The notes under the pieces were generated by a model. The model was not told the DNA's origin. It saw nothing but the letters and a program-made list of their open reading frames with translations, and ran no database searches. The translations under genes and the position numbers were made by a program. A stretch of DNA of 64,000 nucleotides, taken from a virus. Each line of letters opens with the position of its first letter. Position 1 is the stretch's first letter. Of this stretch, positions 14,001 to 20,783 are shown in pieces. The stretch lies in the IMG/VR virus record IMGVR_UViG_3300023179_008562, positions 26,678 to 90,677 of that record; one strand, given 5' to 3'.

Positions 14001-15268
14001 TGGGATCGGGAACTGTACAAATAATTGCCGCGGGTCAATTAAACGCCAGTAATTTATCAGTTTACCCCACTGACACTCGTACTGGATATTACCGCTCTCT
14101 GACAGAGCTGCCAGCGGCTACCAGCCTGGATTTTGACAATGTTGAGTTCATTGATGACATTAATATTTTGACTCAGCTAAGAAGAGGCACACAGGGAACC
14201 AAAGCTGGAATTCAGAGCGCCGGGTTGGCAGTGCTGGACGCTGGTGTAGATCAGAATATTCCTGGGATCAATATAACAGCAACAACCATTACTGGTAATG
14301 TGACATATCATACAACATCGACACCGCCATACGAGTTATTACTGTCTGGTAATGTCGTACCCGAATTGGGCAGCTATATCACACAGTCCAGCAGTGGTGC
14401 AAATGTGACTGTGACTGCCATCAGTGATTCACCTGCTGACACCATTCAGTTAAGTGGGGTAATGTCTGCATTGCCGGGAGATTATATCACTCAACCCAGT
14501 ACTGGTGCCAATGCTCTGATAAGAAACTCATCAGAAAACCAGATCTATCTGGACATTGTGTATACAGCAGGGCAATTTGGAATTGGGTCCGGTAACGTTT
14601 TCATCAACGGCAAAAACACTGGAGTATATCCCACCGCAGCCAAGCAACGTGGAGCATCACGCATTACTGTGACCTATAATACACCCACACCATTCGATTT
14701 CACAGATGCCACTATAGAATTAAGTGGAAGTGTCACAGTCAACTCCGGGGACTTGATTGGTCAACTCGTTGGTGGTGCTGAGCTACGGGCGAGTCGCACT
14801 ACTATTGACTCTAATCGGATATATACAGTTTACCAGAATACCAATGACCTTGTCATTGGTCAGGGCAATATACAGATCAACGGTCAGCCGACTTCAGTTT
14901 ATCCAATAAATAGAACTTATAATTCCACAATATCTAATGAAATCACCATTGACGGTGTTCGCCAACAGTTAATTTGCCCTGTGTCAGTGTCCTTGGTTGG
15001 TGGAACTGATGCAAACGGAAATGTGACACTGACCACAGGTACAAAAGTTTTACAAGAGAAAATTTGGTATAGTCCTGGTGTAGGCACTGCTGCCAACGGT
15101 GAGGGATTTGATACAACTTCAACCGAGCAAGTTTTGTTCCTTAAACAGCGTGCTGCAGAATTACTGACCAGTTCGGAATTGTCTGATGAGGGCGATGAAG
15201 ATATAGTAAATATACTAATTACTGAAGACGGAAAAATACTGTCGGCTGAGTTCGGAGGTTATCAATGA
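2099..15268 (+). CDS. Giant (4389 aa) baseplate/tail-associated virion protein with FG-GAP beta-propeller
   Basis: Uninterrupted 13.2 kb ORF between the baseplate and fibre genes. It has seven FG...(V/I)GAP-type repeats, GxGYTSxPT virion repeats and a C-terminal LITEDG motif. Confidence 0.75.
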   Translation: MAARKSSNLLPGVFQTDTNQKFLSATVDQLISEPRLTKVNGYIGRKFAPTYKSGDNYITEISADRQNYQLEPSLLVKDESGQITFFASYDDFLNKIKYYGGFTDKQSRLFEQEYYSFDPGISYDAFVNFSQYYWLPDGPEAVSVNTTTIELVKNFRVVRNVASDRYDFYDNNIVNNSITLARGGTYTFTVNQPGIPFWIQTELGIDGAINATPAISSRDVLGVENNGTDSGVITFRVPQSDAQDRFVKMKTVYNVDYAFSMAYADIHNSRLSEFLEKFPEYYGITNQFVGKTLVLVDQNLLTSRGEAAWSGDGIYDEQNYNTNPFDSSDIIPENQRSGVWQILYSESGVPEDPIIKLVPVLVLKQDQKVFVKSGIRASREFYQDYDGLLKPMPLLSNLQDTLYFQDGDSAGIYGFLKVVNPANDVIDVDREIIGKKLYTSPNGVKFTNGLKVRFGSDVSPVQYQNQEFYVERVGRGIHLVPVDILVRPEAYNDEIAQNYSDEIFPEYITINRDSIDLNAWSRNNRWFHIDVIIKTAAYNNRQPALDQRARAQRPIIQFDVNFQLFNNGRTAKKPIDILDVTTSDPFNAYDGQIIESIFGIKPFDGMRILFSAAEDPLVRNKIYVINLIQYDLDDSGLPTGPRRIALSIAEDGDAAVWDSVVVTQGQYRGVTWWFNGNQWVQGQQKTQLQQEPLFDIIDSDGRSLSEFYRSTFNGTRLFGYVRNAAGVTDKILGFALKYRNFGTQGDIEFENYYDTDVFSYVENQLTQSDLRISDYGFLYEIQSDGELAPRNNWRTAVESSRQYQILNFTYDGINNSFQLDVVAAESTSVPSLKVYKNNVFLQTNEYQLVDNKLTVTASLATNDKIDVLIYSRKPSNIGYYEVPSNLNLNAQNIDLNQISLGQVRNHLVALSQNSTELVGNILSTNNLRDIDITSQGGTILQHSAPVTYSMLFLMDKSANFIDALRFAQLEYSKFKNKFLELAQTLGGIESMTPEAGVDAIMVSLTNIKNISFPWYYSDMVPYGTLKRVVNGQGYTVFDPLVRSYEINGVFNDQVLSSRAVLVYLKKYNQNNFVQLINRLDYTFDQTRPAVTIESRVELDIDDVIKIVEYDNTDGNYIPETPTKLGLYPRYVPEIFLDNTYRQPINVIRGHDGSIIPAFNDYRDNLILELEKRIYNNIKLPETNINSDIMSLTPGKFRSSDYTLGEVTQLISRSFLAWVGNNRLDFSTNQTFASNDSFTWNYSGSQDRIDGEYMPGNWRACYQYYYDTQRPHLTPWEMLGFTSQPDWWQDYYGPAPYTGANQVLWDDLEAGRIRQGFRSLIDQGQGPGIDPTFARPGLSQVIPVDEHGILLSPAQILARSTHPKSAASAWKVGDFGPVEWAWRSSSDYPFAVQRAMALGKPARYFGLLIDTYGYKSDSLIDQYLTPNKNHLRQTDVKFNGDITQTGVVRSAGYINWIIDYLKNQGLDPVSKLSYILKNYQVNLAYKMSGFTDKKFIRVLAEQSSPSSTNDSIMIPDENYQIHLHKSTPIQKLTYSAVIVQKTTNGYSVKGYNLNNPFFTIIPSQTNNNSTKIQVLTEIATIFKDYQRVKLTVPYGYEFKNPQQVVDFLISYERYLLSQGFTFNGRDPDLRQPRNWKLSAQEFLFWSQQGWGVGSILVLSPTVNDLALVTKNAVVDEISNSQIGSRILDQNFKLVKNNNYNVVRTPTDFKISLSVTGSTIGFVELDLVQYEHALIFDNLTVFNDIIYKPELGNRQYRLKLIGQKTSNWDGSLNAPGFVYSSDQIQTWQPGRDYQRGELVQYKAQYWVALEFVIATTDFAWTKWKQIEQSQVRVGMLPNLSTLAVKGLISYDNYGQIQDSDQLKYSYGLIGYKPRQYLTDLGLSDATQIELYKGYIKQKGTENAVNQLTKSKFNNINSDIKYYEEWAVRVGEYGALNMNPYVEIALDETNFGVNPSLARFVEDTSRDQGDGITVFNKTQLYGSSGHFSGFVALNRSVISDISNDIPTAGYVNIEDIDATLFDLSYYSYIGLDIDYVGSGYTIWCARDFAGDWNVYRVTETDNHIISVANSLDNYVSFTTQAPHQLTIGDVFLVKGLNSAFDGFYRVHQTQGLDQIIALYQGDPANYQNLTSLDGFAMLLRLDSMRFRYMEDARIYGLNNPLHGWKAGDKIWIDVDAATTTANGQSQDTESGTWKVYEKTMPWGLQQNLSKASGEYVTNDGFGTSVKMNADGLYAVVGSPKSLNTGTVTVFNKNASGVLVEGEQLLPKLDQTLDYGAEVSLATERLAIGAPGSVSNTGRVFVYNRPTGTSTFLPTQVLSGPANSAGRFGSSLTFDEVGNWLYVGAPDEDRVYVYGLNPRVSVKTQSLAINSPTNIITLSFSPDVPNNAESLLITGVNRIFLPDIDYTVTGRIITFASNLSSGDYEITQRSYYTLVKVLTGPAGSEFGYAVSASLDGAQLAVGAPNDSVTVDDAAIPGAGAVYVYDRSIEAFNTITDATDTEGVTYQTRGNIGLIYRVTINNTEVSDYVVAGDHTLKFKKTPVIGQVIYVETNEFKLLEKLIGIDSLEGGLTAIQENCRFGTSLTICSNNCAIYVGAPNYDAGTQYNTGAVWKFHNRGRLYGTNTGSTRDPVFTPGDTIRLDNFEITVTGTSLDDLVQDINNASVLGVTATNQNGHLRLDSDRTVAKNLLRILSGENNTGDTDGVSNVYAAAGLSVFAFMQIIVTPYRNANEQFGKRVVLARNAYMLVIASDGGTTRHYTTFDQDQTYIDDRSTGIFDSVVNSGSVYIYELYDDPRNEVEHPGRYAFAQQLDPGQLRAGDRFGAAIDVVGRQIVVTAPTSDLVKTDAGAVYVFNNPTGHRGWHLIRYQEPRVDIETVNRMYLYDTISHTILTNLEFIDPAKGKILGLAEQEITFKTPYDPAYYNRGASTQTDLDRNLYWGPSQIGQVWWNLDNVRYLDYEQGDLSYRSANWGRVFPGSTVEVCEWVESDVLPSQYSGDGQAKHADDSAYVEIMTVDPVTNIITSKYYYWVTGKTELDYNIPFRKLPLNSIRNLIENPRNQDIAYAALIRNNAVVFYNLGKYLSARNTILHLDYELQPNDSLIHSEYDLLQVGNVSSAIPEKIVNRMIDSLSGINNTGANVPDPTLPPANRYGISIRPRQTMFVDRLQAMSDLVDFVNSIFITKPITRQYDLRQLMSEEPIPDVKYSEYDHQVETRIELDYIDTVKTPVGYRVLVKIDTTQDGLWVIYQLRSDRTWQVTRVQRYKTELYWDFVDWYAEGYNITDKIEYVVETLVDALALPARPGDEILIRVNRGLNNVRGWNLISVSDNGEFQVVGIENGTIQLKSSLYNLTDNQLGFDGRGFDSSRYDQNPNIEIRQILAALKDDIFVNELRSEFNNLFFVMINYLMTEQKYVDWIFKTSFISVAHKLRDLNQYPNYVKDNQTYYLDYINEIKPYATKVREYLIKYAGDDNYAGDVTDFDLPPYYDRELGQWRSPDGEYIEQDRQLWATGYLADGTLINPDYPQWYQHRHHQIVAIVVEDSGQGYTSEPTITIVGGGGNVIAARARARIDFDTGQVIDIEIVSSGNGYASTPTVVINGSCERPARAYAVLKNLQVRSFDSTLKFDRINYTSLVKEWAANTVYAAGDILTYAVPDGGTLVRTAYRVLNNMVTGAQFDPTNLEICPADYFTNANDRIIAYYQPLTGAVGRDLRKLISGIDYPGVGITGLTFDRQPGFDGLLDGEPFDAVEYDEDGNPILSRSAVDTIIRSNYLDSNLGLRPEDIDVDGGAYVDTYSSHAPEELVPGIVFDTLNLKVYTKVALGTTLLGYRIFVDMLGVPHYTRIASAYSTKLTRDLNLNDQRMYVADATVLARPDPTTATPGVVFVNAERITYYRNYATEVRFWVPNVSYRSDTVLSHGNIITFSGPVTANIGDTIHQPDSGANIRVVSNVVSSLEVPAQYTLSQGRIVGNVLIMGSGTVQIIAAGQLNASNLSVYPTDTRTGYYRSLTELPAATSLDFDNVEFIDDINILTQLRRGTQGTKAGIQSAGLAVLDAGVDQNIPGINITATTITGNVTYHTTSTPPYELLLSGNVVPELGSYITQSSSGANVTVTAISDSPADTIQLSGVMSALPGDYITQPSTGANALIRNSSENQIYLDIVYTAGQFGIGSGNVFINGKNTGVYPTAAKQRGASRITVTYNTPTPFDFTDATIELSGSVTVNSGDLIGQLVGGAELRASRTTIDSNRIYTVYQNTNDLVIGQGNIQINGQPTSVYPINRTYNSTISNEITIDGVRQQLICPVSVSLVGGTDANGNVTLTTGTKVLQEKIWYSPGVGTAANGEGFDTTSTEQVLFLKQRAAELLTSSELSDEGDEDIVNILITEDGKILSAEFGGYQ

Positions 15269-17136
15269 CAATTAAAATTAGCCAGTTAGGAACACTGAGT
15301 ACACTGGCTGGAAACACTCTTATACCAGTGGTGGAATCCACAGGAACTGGATTTACCAGCAAAAAAATTCAGGCGTCTGCTCTGAGAAGTTTTTTTGCCA
15401 ATCTTGCCACCGGTGGAGATTCGGCAAATTTAAGAATTAATTCTGATTTAATCCCATCGGCCGCTGGGACATATAACCTGGGGTCTGCTGGCTCGCCCTA
15501 TGCTGATTTTTATCTGTCAGGAACTCTGGCTACCAGCAGTGTCATACAAAATACTTCTAATATTCAATCGCAGTCCACAACCACTGGTGCATTGGTGGTA
15601 CAGGGTGGAGTTGGGGTAACCGGCAACATCAATGCTCAAAGTGTTGCTGCAACCAGTTTGACTGGTACACTTGCCACGCCTAATCAACCCAATATCACTG
15701 GGGTTGGGGTAATTACCAGTGGTACCTGGCAAGGGATGTCCATCACTAATACATATCTGGCCAACAGCAGCCTGACAATCAACGGCACAAGTGTATCACT
15801 GGGCGGCATTGCGACCGTCACAGCCAACGCAGCAACCCTGACTGGTACCGCCCTGAACTCAACCGTTGTTGCATCGAGTTTGACATCAGTGGGTAACCTG
15901 ACTTCATTGAGTGCTCGTGGTGCAATTACCACAACCGGTAATATAAGTGCCGCGTATTTCATTGGTGACGGCAGCCAATTGACCAATGTTCCGGCCAGTG
16001 CTCTGATTGGGACTGCCTCGTCAATTGCAGTGAGCGGAAATATCACTGCAGGCAACGTTTCAGCAACTAGATTGACTGGTACATTAACTACGGCATCACA
16101 AACTAATATCACAGCAGTGGGCAATATTGTCACTGGCACCTGGTCAGCGACACCAATTCAGAACGCATACTTGGCCAATAGCAGTATTACCATCAACGGC
16201 ACAGCGGTATCATTGGGCGGCAGTGCAACTGTCACAGCCAACGCAGCCACACTGACTGGTACAACATTAAACGCAACAGTAGTTGCTTCAAGTTTGACAT
16301 CAGTTGGTAACATCACAAGTGGTACCTGGTCGGGTTCAGTAATTCAACCAGCTTACATTGCTACCCTGAACCAGAACACCACAGGAAGTGCAGCCAGCTT
16401 GACCACCTCACGTAACATCAACGGAGTGGCATTCAATGGCACAGCTGACATCACTGTCACAGCCAATGCGGCTACCCTGACTGGTACAACATTGAACTCA
16501 ACAGTTGTGGCATCAAGTTTGACCTCAGTGGGCAACCTGACTGCACTGAGTGCCAGTGGCAATATTAGTACTACCGGTAACGTTATTGCTGCCAAATACT
16601 ACGGCGACGGTAGCAGCCTAACTGGAGTAGTGGCCACTGGTATCGGTAACCTGACGTCAATCACAGTGGGAAATATCACTAATGCCAATACCAATGGTGT
16701 TGGGAATATTGGGTCATCCACAAATAGTTTTAATACTATATTTGCTCGAGCAACGTCTGCACAATACGCGGATATTGCCGAATGTTATTTGGCAGATGCT
16801 GCGTATACACCAGGCACAGTTCTGGAATTTGGTGGCAAATTTGAAGTCACTGAATCCACTGATGAGTCTCAGAGAATTGCTGGTGTGGTGTCCACCAATC
16901 CTGCATACGTCATGAATGATCAATTACAAGGTCAGCACGTGGTGCAAGTGGCACTATTGGGCCGTGTGCCCTGTCGAGTTCGTGGAAAAATATTCAAAGG
17001 TGACTTCATGGTGGCAGGCGGCAGCGGCTATGCCAGGCCCACTGCCTATCCCAAATTTGGCACTGTGATTGGCAAGGCACTGGAAGATTTTGATGGTGTT
17101 GATGGTATTATTGAAATCGTGGTGGGTAGGCTCTGA
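15265..17136 (+). CDS. Tail fibre with internal repeats and C-terminal YADxAE (Peptidase_G2-like chaperone/autocleavage) domain
   Basis: MTIKISQL start, T/S/G/N/A-rich repeats, C-terminal QYADIAE...GVVSTNPAYVMN...GRVPCRV...VIGKALE. Confidence 0.75.
   Translation: MTIKISQLGTLSTLAGNTLIPVVESTGTGFTSKKIQASALRSFFANLATGGDSANLRINSDLIPSAAGTYNLGSAGSPYADFYLSGTLATSSVIQNTSNIQSQSTTTGALVVQGGVGVTGNINAQSVAATSLTGTLATPNQPNITGVGVITSGTWQGMSITNTYLANSSLTINGTSVSLGGIATVTANAATLTGTALNSTVVASSLTSVGNLTSLSARGAITTTGNISAAYFIGDGSQLTNVPASALIGTASSIAVSGNITAGNVSATRLTGTLTTASQTNITAVGNIVTGTWSATPIQNAYLANSSITINGTAVSLGGSATVTANAATLTGTTLNATVVASSLTSVGNITSGTWSGSVIQPAYIATLNQNTTGSAASLTTSRNINGVAFNGTADITVTANAATLTGTTLNSTVVASSLTSVGNLTALSASGNISTTGNVIAAKYYGDGSSLTGVVATGIGNLTSITVGNITNANTNGVGNIGSSTNSFNTIFARATSAQYADIAECYLADAAYTPGTVLEFGGKFEVTESTDESQRIAGVVSTNPAYVMNDQLQGQHVVQVALLGRVPCRVRGKIFKGDFMVAGGSGYARPTAYPKFGTVIGKALEDFDGVDGIIEIVVGRL
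15815..16545 (+). repeat. Three intragenic copies of TVTANAATLTGTxLNxTVVASSLTSVGN
   Basis: Similar DNA (gtcacagccaaYgcRgc.ac.ctgactggtac) near 15817, 16231 and 16456. Confidence 0.85.
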
Positions 17137-17155
17137 AATGCATACTCGGACCGAA

Positions 17156-17162
17156 ATAAATA
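17156..17162 (+). promoter_or_regulatory. T4-like late promoter motif ATAAATA
   Basis: Intergenic, 5 nt before ATG 17168; resembles the T4 late consensus TATAAATA. Confidence 0.5.
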
Positions 17163-17167
17163 ATGAT

Positions 17168-17830
17168 ATGAATAACATAAATCAACAATCATCAGAAATT
17201 CAGACACCTGAAAAGACCCCCGACGAACGTGGCGGAGTGCACATTCAGGGTCATATCAAGATTTTTGATCCTGTGACACAGGAAGTTTTTGTGGACAAAA
17301 GAAATGCCATTCATTATGAGAATATGAGTGAGGCATTGGCATTGAGTGTAGCCAACAAAGGCAACTCGTTTATCAGCGAAATGCATTTTGGAAATGGTGG
17401 TACCACAGTGGATCCCACTGGCGTTATCACATATCTGCCCACAAACACCAATGTACAGAATGCCAATTTATACAGTCCCCAGTACTATAAAATTGTTGAT
17501 GACACCAACGCTGCCAACGGTGACCCTTCCAGAAACAGAATGGAAGTCACACACATTCCTGGCCAGATATACACTGATATTGTTGTCAGATGTCTGCTGG
17601 ACTACGGTGAGCCCAGTGGGCAGGCAGCCTTTGATAACAGCCAGGACCTGAACGGTCAGTTTGTATTCGATGAATTGGGACTCAAGGGGTATAGTTTAAA
17701 CGGCCCTGGTCAGGGAAAATTACTGACACACGTAATTTTTAGTCCAGTTCAAAAATCACTCAACAGATTGATACAAATTGATTATACAGTTCGCATACAG
17801 ACACTGACTAATTTGAGCACAAACGCATAA
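17168..17830 (+). CDS. Virion structural protein (baseplate/tail-collar-like)
   Basis: Within the tail operon. The start was reassigned from 17069, which overlaps the upstream fibre, to MNNINQQ. Confidence 0.6.
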   Translation: MNNINQQSSEIQTPEKTPDERGGVHIQGHIKIFDPVTQEVFVDKRNAIHYENMSEALALSVANKGNSFISEMHFGNGGTTVDPTGVITYLPTNTNVQNANLYSPQYYKIVDDTNAANGDPSRNRMEVTHIPGQIYTDIVVRCLLDYGEPSGQAAFDNSQDLNGQFVFDELGLKGYSLNGPGQGKLLTHVIFSPVQKSLNRLIQIDYTVRIQTLTNLSTNA

Positions 17831-17843
17831 CTAGGAAAAGATC

Positions 17844-19250
17844 ATGTCATATATTATAAGAAAAACCAACGGCACAACACTAGGCACCATCCTGGATGGC
17901 ACCATTGATGACAGATCCAAGACCAGTCTGCGGCTAGTGGGCAGAAATTACAGCAATTACGGTCAGATCATAGCCGACGATCTGGTGAGTTTACTGGAAA
18001 ACTTTGCCTATGGCATTGCCCCACCAAATCCTCTGGCGGGACAACTCTGGTGGAACACTGACGATCAGAGATTACGTGTTTACAATGGATCTGCATTTAA
18101 AATTGTCAGTAGTTGTACCGCACAAGACACTGGTCCTGTGACCACCACTGCTGGTGACCTGTGGTGGGATTCAGTCAACAAACAATTGTATGTTTATGAC
18201 GGAACTACCCCCTACAATTTGTCCGGCTGGCGTCTGATAGGCCCACAGAGAAATGGCAGTGGTGCCGTCTGGGAACAGATTGCTGATACTACGCAGACTG
18301 TCCACGACGTTGTTTCCATATATCTGAACAGAGTTCGAGTTGGTATCATCTGTCTGGATACTGAGTTTACTCCAGCAACTCCCATTGCAGGATTCAGTAC
18401 CATTAAGCCGGGGCATAATCTCAACAGTTCGGGAATATTCAATGGCACCTCTGTTGATAGTCGGAAGTTGGCTGGAGTCGCAGCAGAAAACTATCTGAGA
18501 AGCGATGTCAATGGTACCACCACAGGATCACTGACCATATCAAATAATTTGGGTCTGACCATTGGTAAATCAGCCAATCTGCAAATTACCACCAGTTCCA
18601 TAGGTGATGTCAGTATAAAGAACACCAGACTCAATGGCAGAATCAGCTTGTATTCCAATACCCAGGGCTCAAATACCGAATCATTTTACATTGATGGCGG
18701 CACCGGTAAGACAGTGATGAACTCAGCGGCAGTGGGCGACATTACCACATCCACATCCACCACCACTGGTGCATTGGTTGTTGCTGGTGGGGTAGGCATT
18801 TCTGGTGGTTTGAATGTAGGCGGAGTCGCAAACTTTTTGGGATCAGCAACTGCTGTGACTATGCCCACAGGAACTGCCAACACCAGCGTGGCCACCACCG
18901 AGTTTGTTATCAGTAGTTCGGGATTTTTGAAAAATAAAATTTATGTGGGTTCAGAAACATATGTGGCGGTTGAAGACTTTGGTGTGGGTAATATGTCCGT
19001 GGTTGTTGATGGTGTCACTGTGGTGACTGCTAGTCGAGACGGACTGAATTTAGCAAGTGGTGCCACCGCCGTCACCCAACCCGACGCCCACAACAGCGCA
19101 GGCAATGCCAGAGTTGCAACCACCCAGTTTGTCAAAACAGCTACCCAATGGTGGGGCGGCAGTGCAAAATTTGTTAGTCCCCAATCCCCCAACCCCGGAG
19201 TTAATGATACGGGTTCTCGGGATGGTGATTTTTGGTTTCAGTACATTTGA
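17844..19250 (+). CDS. Tail fibre / baseplate-fibre connector
   Basis: N-terminal LVGRNYSNYG...LLENFA...PLAGQLWW and GDLWWDS motifs; STTTGALVVAGGVG and ATTxFV fibre motifs. Confidence 0.7.
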   Translation: MSYIIRKTNGTTLGTILDGTIDDRSKTSLRLVGRNYSNYGQIIADDLVSLLENFAYGIAPPNPLAGQLWWNTDDQRLRVYNGSAFKIVSSCTAQDTGPVTTTAGDLWWDSVNKQLYVYDGTTPYNLSGWRLIGPQRNGSGAVWEQIADTTQTVHDVVSIYLNRVRVGIICLDTEFTPATPIAGFSTIKPGHNLNSSGIFNGTSVDSRKLAGVAAENYLRSDVNGTTTGSLTISNNLGLTIGKSANLQITTSSIGDVSIKNTRLNGRISLYSNTQGSNTESFYIDGGTGKTVMNSAAVGDITTSTSTTTGALVVAGGVGISGGLNVGGVANFLGSATAVTMPTGTANTSVATTEFVISSSGFLKNKIYVGSETYVAVEDFGVGNMSVVVDGVTVVTASRDGLNLASGATAVTQPDAHNSAGNARVATTQFVKTATQWWGGSAKFVSPQSPNPGVNDTGSRDGDFWFQYI

Positions 19251-19261
19251 TCAGGTTTCGA

Positions 19262-19268
19262 ATAAATA
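19262..19268 (+). promoter_or_regulatory. T4-like late promoter motif ATAAATA
   Basis: Intergenic, upstream of ATG 19292. Confidence 0.5.
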
Positions 19269-19291
19269 TATACTATTATAGGTCATAAACG

Positions 19292-20770
19292 ATGTCATAC
19301 ACAATTACTACCACTTCGGGCACCACAATTGCAACTGTTGCAGACGGGACCGTTAATAATTCCAACACCAGTTTGACTCTAATTGGTAAAAACTATGCTG
19401 GTTACGGGGTCTTTTTAAATGAAAACTTTGTAAAACTATTAGAAAACTTTTCTTACGGTACTCCCCCAGCCACTCCGCTAACTGGACAAATTTGGTATGA
19501 CACCAGCGTTGGGGTTTTGAAGGTCTACACTGGATCAAACTGGAAGGCAATTAGTAGCTCTGCATCTGGTGCCACCTCCCCAGTAAACCCAGTCATTGGT
19601 GATTTGTGGTGGGATTCAACAAATTCACAATTAAAAGTCTGGAGTGGCACCACCTGGGTCATCATTGGGCCATCCTATACTTCTACATCAGGCACCAGTG
19701 GTGCTCTGGTGGAAACCATACTGGACACATCCAGCGTCAGCCACGTCATTGTAAAATTTTATATTTCCAACACAGTTGTGGGAATACTGAGTAAAGACGC
19801 AGTATTTACTCCACAAACCAGCATTGCTGGGTTCAGTACAATCAAACCAGGTTTTAACCTGGTAAGTACCAGTGCCATCACTGGATCACAGTTTTCAGGG
19901 GATGCCAGTAACGCTTTGTCACTACAGGGCATCACGGCCAACCAATTACTGCGTAGTGATCAGAACACCAGCACCAGTTACAACATAACAGCCGGTGGGC
20001 TGACCATTGGATCAGATTTAAGTATCTCTTCAGTTTCAGCGTCAGAAGTCGGCATTGTCAACACCACACTGAACAAAGATTTGAATTTGTATGTCAATGC
20101 CGGCGGGGTTCAGACCCGAGCCATTGGTGTTTTTGGTGGCAACGCAGCAGTGTTTCTCAATGGGGCGTCCCTGTCAGTTGCTGGCAACGCCAGAGTCACT
20201 GGTGCATTGACTGCAGCATCAAATCTAACAGTGTCCGGAACAGCAACATTTAACCAGACAGTCACAATTGGTGGACAAATTTTACCTAACAGCACAAACA
20301 CAATTGAAATCGGGTCGAATAGCAATAAGTTTGCCAATGTTTGGGCAACTACCTTTAGAGGTACTGCAATAACTGCCAACTACGCTGACTTGGCAGAACG
20401 CTTTGCTGCAGATCAGCCCTACACTGCTGGCACAGTAGTGGCACTGGGTGGCACACGAGAAGTCACTGCAGTATCAGAAGATTTGAGTGAGGATGTATTT
20501 GGGGTAGTCAGTGAGCGTGCTGGATTTTTGATGAATGGTGCTGCTGGTGATGATTCAACACACCCCCCAATTGCAGTCAGTGGTAGAGTTCCGGTCAGAG
20601 TCATTGGCCGAGTTAAAAAAGGCGACAGATTGGTCGCAGCGGGCAATGGGCTTGCAAGATCTGCCAGACGGGACGAGATGACCGCGTTCAATGTCATTGG
20701 TAGATCTCTTGAAAATAAAGAAAAAGACGGCGAAGGCGTGGTAGAAGCCATCGTCAAACTAAATAGTTAA
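19292..20770 (+). CDS. Tail fibre: N-terminus paralogous to 17844, C-terminus paralogous to 15265
   Basis: LIGKNYAGYG...LLENFS...GQIWYD at the N-terminus; NYADLAE...GVVS...FLMN...GRVPVRV...VIGRSLE at the C-terminus. Confidence 0.7.
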   Translation: MSYTITTTSGTTIATVADGTVNNSNTSLTLIGKNYAGYGVFLNENFVKLLENFSYGTPPATPLTGQIWYDTSVGVLKVYTGSNWKAISSSASGATSPVNPVIGDLWWDSTNSQLKVWSGTTWVIIGPSYTSTSGTSGALVETILDTSSVSHVIVKFYISNTVVGILSKDAVFTPQTSIAGFSTIKPGFNLVSTSAITGSQFSGDASNALSLQGITANQLLRSDQNTSTSYNITAGGLTIGSDLSISSVSASEVGIVNTTLNKDLNLYVNAGGVQTRAIGVFGGNAAVFLNGASLSVAGNARVTGALTAASNLTVSGTATFNQTVTIGGQILPNSTNTIEIGSNSNKFANVWATTFRGTAITANYADLAERFAADQPYTAGTVVALGGTREVTAVSEDLSEDVFGVVSERAGFLMNGAAGDDSTHPPIAVSGRVPVRVIGRVKKGDRLVAAGNGLARSARRDEMTAFNVIGRSLENKEKDGEGVVEAIVKLNS

Positions 20771-20783
20771 AAGGAACTAAAAA

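Noticed and set aside
15265-20770. Diversity-generating retroelement acting on the fibre C-termini
   Set aside because: The paralogous C-termini differ at all base types, and no template repeat or reverse transcriptase is visible.
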